Of a DNA stretch of 64,000 nucleotides, positions 53,478 to 64,000 are shown in pieces. Position numbers and translations under genes: made by a program. This stretch comes from Chrysomallon squamiferum. Its lineage: Eukaryota; Animalia; Mollusca. Below the pieces are notes generated by a model, which had not been told where the DNA came from, made no database searches, and saw nothing but the letters and a program-made list of their open reading frames with translations. Within the stretch, counting starts at the first letter, position 1. Each line of letters opens with the position of its first letter. The stretch covers positions 7,068,001 to 7,132,000 of the forward strand of contig CM022666.1 in assembly GCA_012295275.1 (NCBI GenBank). Direction: 5' to 3'.

Positions 53478-54303
53478 ACACTTTGTGACAGTATCTTCTG
53501 TCCCTAGTCACTTTATACAGTGTGACAACATCTTCAGTACACTGTCACAGTATCTTCAGTAGATTGTCACTTTGTACAGTGTGACAACATCTTCAGTCCT
53601 TGTCACTTTGTACAGTGTGACAACATCTTCAGTAGATTGTCACTTTGTCACATAACATCTTCAGTAGATTGTCACTTTGTACAGTGTGACAACATCTTCA
53701 GTAGATTGTCACTTTGTACAGTGTGATAACATCTTCAGTACACTGTCACTTTGTACAGTGTGACAGTATCTTCTCAGTACACTGTCACTTTGTACAGTGT
53801 GACATCTTCAGTACACTGTCACTTTATACAGTGTGATAACATCTTCAGTACACTGTCACTTTATACAGTGTGATAACATCTTCAGTACACTGTCACTTTG
53901 TACAGTGTGACAACATCTTCTCAGTACACTGTCACTTTGTACAGTGTGACATATTCAGTACACTGTCACTTTATACAGTGTGACAACATCTTCAGTACAC
54001 TGTCACTTTGTACAGTGTGACAGTATATTCACTACACTGTCACTTTGTACAGTGTGACAGTATATTCAGTACACTGTCACTTTGTACAGTGTGACAGCAT
54101 CTTCAGTACACTGTCACTTTGTACAGCGTGACAGCATCTACAGTGTGACTGTCACCATTCTACAGTGTGACAGCATCTTCAGTACACTGTCACTTTGTAC
54201 AGTGTGACTGTCACTTTATACAGTGTGACTGTCTTCAGTACACTGTCACTTTGTACAGTGTGACAGCATCTTCAGTACACTGTCACTTTGTGTAGTGTGA
54301 CAG
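53478..54303. repeat. 37-bp palindromic minisatellite, about 22 copies
   Basis: Unit CACTGTCACTTTGTACAGTGTGACAACATCTTCAGTA, head-to-tail with no spacers. Confidence 0.95.
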
Positions 54304-54349
54304 AAACGTGTCACCGCACTGAAAATGATGTTGCAATAAGTCAGATACT

Positions 54350-54640
54350 TTAACTGAGTGGAGACTCAGTGGCCTGCCACGTGTTGAACAATTGATTACA
54401 AACATCCTGTTAGTGTGCGTCACACATTTCACTACACCTGGTACAGGCACTGCTGTCTGGTGACAGTTGACGCACGCAGGCAGGCTTACTCTGTGTACCG
54501 GTAAGACGTGTATCCATCTATCTATCTATTCATATTTGTGAAGTTGTACTTCAAAGCGTGAAGTCAACAACCGAACCTGTTTGGCGATTTGTTGTTAGCG
54601 TCAGTGAAATATCTTGCGACATCAAACTCTTACAGAAAAG
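54350..54640 (+). promoter_or_regulatory. Candidate alternative promoter / non-coding first exon of the carrier gene
   Basis: CpG-retaining island with CACGTG and TGACGC motifs; donors CCG|GTAAGA (54500) and AAG|GTAAAT (54640). Confidence 0.45.
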
Positions 54641-56138
54641 GTAAATTTATTTATAATTAAGAACAGTGAGTAGTGTTTTTTAATTTTTTTTAAAAATATT
54701 TAAAAAAAAAAAATTAATAATTTATTTTGTTTTTTTGTGATATGTTTTTGTTATTAAAATTAGTATACCGACTTGTTCAGATTTGTGTTTGTGGGTTTTT
54801 AACTGAAGTTGAGCAGAGTAAACGTGATGTATGATGTTTAAAAGTATGTTACATGCATGACTAAAGGAGAGTAAATGTGAGTAAATGGTATGTGAGAAAC
54901 TTAGGAAGAGTAATACTAGTAGTAAAATTTATTGTTCATTCATTTAAATTGACTTTTACTAAAAAAGAAAAACAAGTAAAAAGTAAAAAAGATTAATTAT
55001 TAAAACCAGAAATTTGATTTTCTTTTTTTAATGGGCTATATTCCGAATCAGTAACAGTATTAAACTTAATACAAAAAAAAAAAAAAACAATATTAAAAGA
55101 ACTTTACCAAAAACTGATTTAAAAAATAATCATCTGGCTGTATCTGTTCAGTTTTTAGCTGATGTTTTATTTTTATTTTTTGTATTGGCTTGTTGTTAAA
55201 GATTCATTTAGTTAAAGAGAGGAAGACATAAGAAGATAGATTTATTTACATGATTATTTAGTATTAGTTCTTGCACTGCTGAAATTTGATGTAGATTCAT
55301 TTTGTTACAGTGTCGGTATATGTAATGATACCTTCATGTTTTAGTAAAGGTATGTTACCTTTTATTGATTACGTGAATGACACACATTTGCTTTGACACA
55401 GGTGTGATTATACATTAATGTATATGTAGGCATAATATGTGTGTGTATGTGTGTGTGTGAGTGTGTGTTTAAGTGTGATTTTCTATGTATGTTTTTATGT
55501 ATGTCTATGTGTGTTATCATTTTATGTATATGTGTAGATGTTGGTGTGTATGTGTGTGCTTCAGTGTGATTATTATGTATGTGGTGATGTGTCTGTGTGT
55601 GTGTGTGTGTGTATATGAGTATATGTATATGTATGTGTATGTATGTGTATGTGTGTGTACATGTCTGTGTGTGTGTATTTAAGTGTTGAACCACTGTGTA
55701 TGTGAGAAGAAGTGAAGGGTTAGAGAATACAATCTTTTTTTAAAATGATGGATACTTGTTTCAGGTATAGGAGATTAGAAATGTTGGGGAAAAAAGAAAA
55801 TTTGTTGTTAGTTTCACTGTGTGTGTGTGTGTGTATGTGTGTGTGTGTATGAGTGTTTGCACGTTTTTGCATTGTGTTAACATAAATGAGAAAATCTAGT
55901 TATACACACATATATATATATTTTTTTTTATTTGACAGAGATTTTTAACAGTTCAAATGTCTTCCCCATATTTGTAAATAATTAATGTGTCTCAAAGGCA
56001 GTCATTTAAATTCTTAATAAATAAAAATATCGACTTATTAAGTTTGCTTCAATTTACAGTGAGGACGACATCGAAGGTAAACTGCCAAAGATAACACGAG
56101 AAGAAGCAAAATCCTCACTGGGCAGAGTGCAGCACGGA

Positions 56139-58820
56139 ATGAGCGACTGGAGGCCTTTTGTCTATGGAGGCCTAGCATCGGTAACAGCAGAATGTGGTAG
56201 GTTAATTTGTCTATGGAGTTTAGCATCAGTAACAGCAGAATGTGGTAGGTTAATTTGTCTATGGAGATCTAGCATTGGTACAGCAGAATGTGGAAGGTTA
56301 ATTTGTCTATGGAGATCTAGCATCTGTAACAGCAGAATGTGGTAGGTTAATTTGTCTATGGAGATCTAGCATTGGTAACAGCAGAATGTGGTAGGTTAAT
56401 TTGTCTATGGAAGTTTGATAACAGCAAAATGTGGTAGGTTAATTTGTCTATGGAAGTTTGATAACAGCAGAATGTGGTAGGTTAATTTGTCTATGGAAGT
56501 TTGATAACAGCAGAATGTGGTAGGTTAATTTGTCTATGGAAATTTGATAACAGCAAAATGTGGTAGGTTAATTTGTCTATGGAAGTTTGATAACAGCAAA
56601 ATGTGGTAGGTTAATTTGTCTATGGAAGTTTGATAACAGCAAAATGTGGTAGGTTAATTTGTCTATGGAAGTTTGATAACAGCAAAATGTGGTAGGTTAA
56701 TTTGTCTATGGAAGTTTGATGACAGCAAAATGTGGTAGGTTAATTTGGTTGTGGAGGTTTGATGAGAGCAGAATTTGATAGACTGATTTGTCTATGGAGA
56801 TTTGCTAACAGCAGAATGTGGTATGAGATAATATAACATGATAATCATAAAAATATTTTATCTGATGATTTGATTTCAGGTACTTTTCCTATTGACCTGA
56901 CCAAAACCCGGTTACAAGTTCAAGGTCAGGTCATAGATTCTCGACTCACGAAATTAAAATATCGTGGAATGGTCCATGCACTTGTAACAATATTCCGAGA
57001 AGAAGGAATCCATGCTTTATATTCAGGGTAACAATTATTATTATTATTAACCATAAAAATATCGTATAATTACTATATTTTATTATTAGAAAATGCTATG
57101 CTCATTGGACCTTTAAATTCAGTTAGCTTGTTAATTGAATGCATGTTTTGGTAAATATAAATAAATAAACACAATAAGTTCAGTTACCACAGTGACATTT
57201 GAATTTAGTTTACTGTACTGCAGATTAAACAAATAAATCATGTACAGTTGGATTTGAAAAAATTTGGTGTTATGACATTTTTATTGACTAACTTTCACAT
57301 AAATATTATTTTGTTAATGAGAATAAAAGACAGCAGATATTATTGATTAATATAATCAAATTCAGTTGACATTTATCTTGTTTGTTTATTGATGTGTGTA
57401 TTCATAAAATAATGAAGTCAAGAAATGTGGAGTTTTAGAATAATTTGATGAAAAATGTTTAGAATTATTATTTTTGTTATTAATTTTGTTATAATAAAAA
57501 TAATAATAATAATAATAATTATGATTATTATTATTATTATTATGATTTTGCGATTGTAATTATAATTTTTTATCATCATCTTCTTCATTATTTTTTATCA
57601 TTATCATCATCATCATCTTCTTCAGATCATTGTTACTATTATTAATATTATTGTAGATGTTATTTCAAAACAGGTGGCTAAACACTTTCAATAAAAATAA
57701 GTATTCACCTTCAATACCTGATTTTTACGGACCATAAACTCTAAACGATGTCTTTCTAAATTACAGATAATGTGCATTTGGCATGGATTCCCAGTTCTTG
57801 CACATACATGTGATCATTATAAAGGAAAAAAGTGCAATATAAATTTATATATAATAAAATTAGTTTCCAAACAATTCTTTCAAAAAAAAAAAAAAAAAAA
57901 AAAAAATAATAATAAAAATAAAAATAAAAAGGAAAATGGGTGCAAATAGGTTTTACATATGAGCAAATCTGTCAAATAATGATTGTTATTATTTTGCAAC
58001 TTATGTCACAACTTATGTTTTTTTTCTTTCCACAGTTTAGCTCCTGCAGTTTTAAGACAAGCAACATATGGAACAATAAAAATTGGAGTTTACCATTCAT
58101 TAAAAAGAGTTTTTGTTCCTGATCCAAATGGTAATCCTATGTTTTTTTTGTTTTTTTTATTTAAGCAAGCTAAAAATAAACAAATGTTAGAACTATTGCC
58201 ATACAAAAAAAAAAAAAAATTATATTTTATTAAAGAAATGTTACCATTTAAATACATAAATGTTAGAAGAATTGCCATGTAAATAAATCAATGATAAATA
58301 TAATACCACATAAATAAATGGTTGAAGCATTACCGTATAAATAAATAAATAAATTGTATTAATTCCAGTTCCAAATATTTGTAATATGACAACTTTCTTC
58401 TTTAAAAATTTACCAAGTTAATAAATAAATACTTTCAAAAGAACCTCGCTTTTTCTGAATTACATCATCAATCCCACTGATAGGTGTTTCATATAATTAT
58501 AGTATGTATGTTGTGTATTTGGTGTGGGAATGGTGTGTGGTATATAGAGGGATTTATACAAAGTGTTTTAGTTTGATCTCTTTTTGATTTGCAGATGAAA
58601 CTCTAGCCATGAATGTTGCTTGTGGAATCACAGCTGGAATTGTATCTAGTGCTTTTGCCAATCCGACTGATGTGCTCAAAGTAAGATTATAATGGATCTA
58701 AATAATGTAGATGTAAAAATATATGAGTTTATAAATGTATGTGTATATATTGACTGTGTTTCTATCTCTGTAGAATTGCTTTCATCATTAATTATTCATA
58801 TTGACTCTGATTGTGCATGT

Positions 58821-58854
<34 letters not shown>

Positions 58855-59005
58855 CATAATGTGTGTGTTTCTGTGTTACTCTGAACATAGTAGATGGATG
58901 CTTACATATTTATGATTATTAGTAATTATTTTTGCCATCATGTATTAATCATCTGCTTGATCTATCTGTTTGTCCGTCTGTCTGTCTCCTGTCTGTGTGT
59001 GCTTT

Positions 59006-59059
<54 letters not shown>

Positions 59060-59261
59060 CAATTTTGTTTTCTTTTTACAGTGTGTCTGTGTTTCCAAAT
59101 TTTGTGTGTGTAATAATGTGTTTTTGTATTATTTACAATTTTGTTTTATTTTTATTTATTTATTTATTTAATATTTTATTATTATTTATTTATTTATTTA
59201 TTATTATTTTTTATTATTATTTTTATTTATTATTAATATTATAATTATAATTATAATTATA

Positions 59262-59297
<36 letters not shown>

Positions 59298-60106
59298 ATT
59301 ATCCTAGGTGCGGATGCAGGCTGCGGGTGTGTGTGGTTCTGGCAGCAACATGAACAGTGGGATGATGGTTTCTTTTCTAAACATCTACAAAAACGAGGGA
59401 GTGCCTGGCCTATGGAGGGTGAGACATTTTACCATCTAGAGACCTCCTGAAAACATTCTTCTGAAAAGCTACAAATTTAATTTCTCTGTTCTAAAGGCTG
59501 TTAGTGAAGACAAATTTTCATAGGACTTGATAATATTAAGGAATGTTGTTATAATTCATAAATGTAAATTTACCAAGGAACGGTTAAAATTATAGACCAC
59601 TTTGAAAGGAGAGTTTAGTTCAATCCTTCAGAGCGAAGGAACAGTTAAAATTAAAGACCACTTTGAAAGGAGAGTTTAGTATAATCCTTTAAAGGAACAG
59701 TTAAAATTATAGACCACAAAGGAACCCATTAGACCCAAGGAACAGTTAAAATTAAAGACTGCTTTGAAAGGTTTAGTATAATCCTTTAGACCCATTAAAA
59801 TTATAGACTTCACAAAAGAATTTAGTTTAATCCTTTAGACTGCAGACTTTCTTAAATAGACACAGAAACACACGAGTGCACATTGGGTTGGTATGCATGA
59901 CCTCACCCTACTTCCTAATAACAGTGACCCTCGGGGCAAAGCTGGTTGGCTATGAACTGACACCAGAAAGGCATGGTGCCAAAGAGATAAAGGCATTAAA
60001 AAAATAAAGCAGATTTGAGTTCAAAGAATAATTTAAGAATATTTTAATGGTAGTCATTTTTAACAATTTTTGGTTTATTTTTTTTAATGGAGTATGTTTA
60101 TGGAAC

Positions 60107-60190
<84 letters not shown>

Positions 60191-60590
60191 GGCTAATTAT
60201 TATTAAAAATTTTGAAATGTATATGTAAAGCGGTTATTATTAAGGAAATTTTAATGGAGTTAATTGTGATAATTAAAAGTAATGTTTCTGTTTTAAAGGG
60301 CGTTGTCCCCACAGCTCAGAGGGCAGCCACAGTGTGCGGGGTGGAGCTCCCAGCCTACGATATATGTAAAAAACACATCATAAAATCTGGCCTTCTAGGA
60401 GACACTGTAACCACACACTTCTTGTAAGTTTACTTGTTTGTTTATTTGTTTGTTTGTTAAACAGCAAGATAAAAACACATCATAAAATCTGACGTTTTAG
60501 GGGTCATGGTGAGTGACCAAGCATTTTTTTGAAATTATTTCATTTCTTTTTTCTTTCTTTCTTTCTTTCTTTATTTATTTATTTATTTAT

Positions 60591-60626
<36 letters not shown>

Positions 60627-61346
60627 ATTGATTGATTGATTGTTTTATTGATTGAGTTATTAGTTATTAGATAGATAGATTAGTTAGATAGATTAGTTAG
60701 ATAGATAGATAGACAGACAGACAGATAGATAGTTAGTTAAAGAAACCCCCAAAAAAAAACATATAAAAAATAAGGCCATCTAGCAGTTGATTGTTTGTTT
60801 ATTTAAGAAACAACTAAAAAAAAAAAAAAAAAAAAAAAAAGGTAAATAAAAATTAACAAAACAACCACATAAATCTGGCCTAGGAAATATAATCACCCAT
60901 TTATGTTTATTTAAAATGTAGTTATTTATGTATAAAATAAGGAAATGAGCACTAATTTTCATTTATCTTTTCTCTTTATTTATTTATTTATTTGTTTGTT
61001 TATTTTATTATTATTATATATTGTTTGTCACTGAAGTGAATATAGATGGATGCAAGCCTCAAAATTGATAGGTACAAGACAAGCTGTAACATCATTAGTT
61101 AACTACTGTACTTGTTTTAAATATATATATATCTGTGTGTGTGTGTGTGTGTGTTTGTGTGTGTAAATACATAAATGACATTTTTTTTTTTAGTAATCTA
61201 CTTCTTGCTAATTAAACAGTTTCAAATTAAATTTTGTTTTAATTTTGTTGTAATTTTTATTGTTGTTATTATCTTTATTTTTCAGAGCAAGTTTTTTGGC
61301 AGGTTTGGCTGGAGCCATAGCCTCAAATCCTATTGATGTAGTAAAG
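56139..61346 (+). CDS. SLC25A30: Mitochondrial carrier, KMCP1/BMCP1 (SLC25A30/SLC25A14, UCP5-like); 3' exons beyond the right edge
   Basis: Exons 56139-56196, 56880-57027, 58036-58130, 58595-58680, 59308-59418, 60299-60423, 61286-61346: [36 protein letters not shown]...[11 protein letters not shown]...[12 protein letters not shown]...PTAQRAA...GVELPAYD...ASNPIDVVK; three PxDxxK carrier motifs. Probably co-orthologous to both vertebrate paralogs. Confidence 0.95.
56157..56826 (+). repeat. 49/43-bp minisatellite derived from the exon 3' end and splice donor, about 15 copies
   Basis: Unit TTTGTCTATGGA...TAACAGCA(G/A)AATGTG|GTAGGTTAA; the first copy is the coding sequence [14 protein letters not shown]. 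Confidence 0.95.
59575..59840. repeat. Degenerate tandem repeat of about 55-60 bp
   Basis: AAGGAACAGTTAAAATTA(T/A)AGACCACTTTGAAAGGAGAGTTTAGT... recurs 4-5 times. Confidence 0.85.
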
Positions 61347-63189
61347 GTGGGTTACTCAGTTAGACAAAAGTAATAAACATGGTTTCTCATTTGGCTTGAT
61401 AATTTAATATCATTATAAAGAGATTATGGAATCATACAGACTGATGATTTATCTGTTGTCACTTTTTGATGATCACTTTAGATTTTTTTTAAATTTCAGA
61501 TTCATTATGTTAGTGGAACAGTTATGATTTAGGCATATAGTTGTGTTTGTGTACTTTATGTACATTTATAAATTTCTATTATTGAAATTAAAATTTAAAT
61601 TAAATAAGAATTTATTTTTTATTATTAATTAAAAGAAAGTTAATGCTGTTTATTTGAAGAAATTAAAATTAAATATAATCTTGAGATTGATATACATAGT
61701 TATATGTATATGAGTAAATGTATTGAAAAATGAAAAAGAAAAAAAAGAAATTAAAAAATGAACTTACCTGTAATAAGATGTCTTTAACTTGATAAACTCA
61801 GTTACAAATATGTATATCTATGGTTTCCAAAATATTAAAATAAAAAATATAATAATAGTAAAAAAAAAAATTGTTGTGAACATTGACGTATGTAAATATA
61901 TATTCATTCCATGACTCAAAATAAAAAAAAAAAAAAAAATGAAAAATGTAACAAAAATAAATAGGATTTCTTTTAAAACAAAATTTTCTTATAAAAATCA
62001 TAAATACATATACTCCTCTTCAACTGTTAATAAATTCATTTATGTTAAGAGTACTCACTGAGATACCTGTTTACATCTAACAAAATAACTGAGACAATAT
62101 CCTCTACATTTACAAGAAAATCTTCACATTCAAAAAAGATCTGCCATATTTATGAATACTCAACTTCTTTAGTGAATGCTGTAACAGTAACAATTTTTAC
62201 TTTCCTTTCTACATGTGGTCAACTTAGCAATCATATCATATACACTCAGTTGCTTAATATCTTTGTTTTAACCACATAACGACACCCAACATCCAGTTAT
62301 TTGCTAATGTTGTAGCACTGATAGGCAGTCAGTCATTCAGTACACTGTGTATGTATTATTTCATGCTGGTTCAGAATATCATCTACTTCTGTAATAATTC
62401 ACGTAACTGCCTGTTTGATGATACCCACGAGAATAGTGATCAGATTAAAACTTTAAAAAAAAAAAATAATAATATCTGTAGCGTTCATTAATTAAAAGGT
62501 GATTATGGTATTTGGAGTAGAATGTGTTAATGAAGTATTATCAAAATTAAACAGAATATATTAAATGTGTGAATAGAGTTCTGTGTGCTGTGTGTGGAGA
62601 GTAGGGGTGAATGTTTGTGAGCTGTCTGAATTATTTGAGTTCTGTGTTTTCTATTGTTTCGCTGGTTGATTGTAAGTCCACTGCATTTACTATGGAAGTC
62701 TTCACTAGTTTACTTTTCTTTCTTTTTTTTTTTCTTTCTTTTCTTCTTCTTTATTCTTCTTTTTTTTTCTTTCTTAATTTTTTTTTTTTTTTTTCTAATT
62801 TCTTGTCAATTAAGATATTTGAAGTTTTTTTAGTTTTTTTTTAAATCTTGCTTTAATATAATAAAAGTATCAACCCTTGCAAACCACCACCCCAAATAAA
62901 AATAAAATAAAATAAAATAATCATAAAATAATTATAAAATTAAAAATATATAAAGAAATGTTTTATAAAATATAAGGAAATAATAAGATGGGAGATTTGT
63001 TGAAAATAATAAATAGTAGATCAGTGATGGTAAAAAGTAAATTTTAGATTGATGATAATAATTAAAAAATAGAAACTTGATGATAATGATAATAAAATAG
63101 TTTAGTGAATGTTAATGATAATGGTAAGAAGGATAAAGGATAGGAAAGATGTTGTTAATGATAAAAAAAAAAGTAGTCTGGTGATAATC

Positions 63190-63570
63190 ACAGGGTAGAC
63201 TGATGATAAGAATGTAGACTGATGATAAGAATGTTGACTGATGATAAGAATATTAACTGGAGATATATAAAAAGAAAGTAGATTGATGATAAGAAAGTAG
63301 ATTGATAATGATGATAAAACAGACTGATGGTAATGGTAAGAAAGTTGACTGATGATAATGATAAGAAAACAGATTGATGATAATGATAAGAAAACAGATT
63401 GATGATAATGATAAGAAAGTTGACTGATGATAATGATAAGAACGTAGACTGATGATAATGATCAGAAAACAGACTGATGGTAACGGTAAGAACGTAGACT
63501 GACAATAACGATAAGAAAACCAGATTGATGATAATGATAAGAGAGTACATTGATGATAATGATGATGATT
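63190..63570. repeat. Degenerate 20-26-bp tandem repeat
   Basis: Recurring GA(C/T)TGATGATAATGATAAGAA units. Confidence 0.85.
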
Positions 63571-64000
63571 AAAAAAAAAAAAAAAAAAGATAAATAATTT
63601 TGTGGTCAGTGGACCACTTTCTTTATTATGAGCTCATTGGTTATTTTTGAAGGTCTAGTGCCAGTGTTTTCCAAAATGGCTGACTCTTGGTTGGACGAGC
63701 TTGCTAAACTGGGAGGCGACTGGGCACTAGCCGGACTTGGATGGCCAGTCCCTCGCTTTCTTGACCGCCCACCCCCCCAGCAACGGTAGTGGGTTTTTAG
63801 CTAAGTTGTCTGCCCTTAGCATTGTCAGATTTATTTATATTTTATATATTTTCTTTTCTTTTTTGTTTGTGTAACGATGATTATGATGTAAGAACTTAAA
63901 ATGTAGATGAATAATGTTGTTTCTTTTTTTTTAAATATGTTAAAAAGAAATAAAATGTTTTAAAGTTGCTATCTGCACTGATAAAATGCAGCTTTTTGTT

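Noticed and set aside
53478-54303. CRISPR-like 37-bp partly palindromic repeats
   Set aside because: Head-to-tail units with no unique spacers, no cas genes, eukaryotic intron context.
63655-63830. GC-rich block starting with TIR-like CAGTGTTTTCCAAA
   Set aside because: No partner TIR or TSD found, and it does not encode the expected next carrier exon.

Overview
AT-rich, microsatellite-dense, intron-rich animal genomic DNA; an invertebrate, probably a mollusc, by inference from repeat style and protein divergence. Six protein-coding genes were reconstructed by hand from GT-AG splice sites and exon phase, in alternating orientation: PSMD1/Rpn2 (-, runs off the left edge), an SLC16 monocarboxylate transporter (+), AMMECR1 (-), WDR53 (+), MMGT1/EMC5 (-) and an SLC25A14/SLC25A30-type mitochondrial carrier (+, runs off the right edge). 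Three genes each carry one small frameshifting indel, most likely consensus errors. Non-coding highlights: a nested long-range RNA pairing system with a competing hairpin downstream of the AMMECR1 stop codon; a hAT-type element with perfect 8-bp TSD carrying a 42-bp satellite, inserted into a decayed repeat-peptide ORF; a minisatellite built from a coding exon end plus its splice donor; a candidate N-terminally extended carrier isoform; several satellites. No prokaryotic systems or CRISPR arrays were seen.
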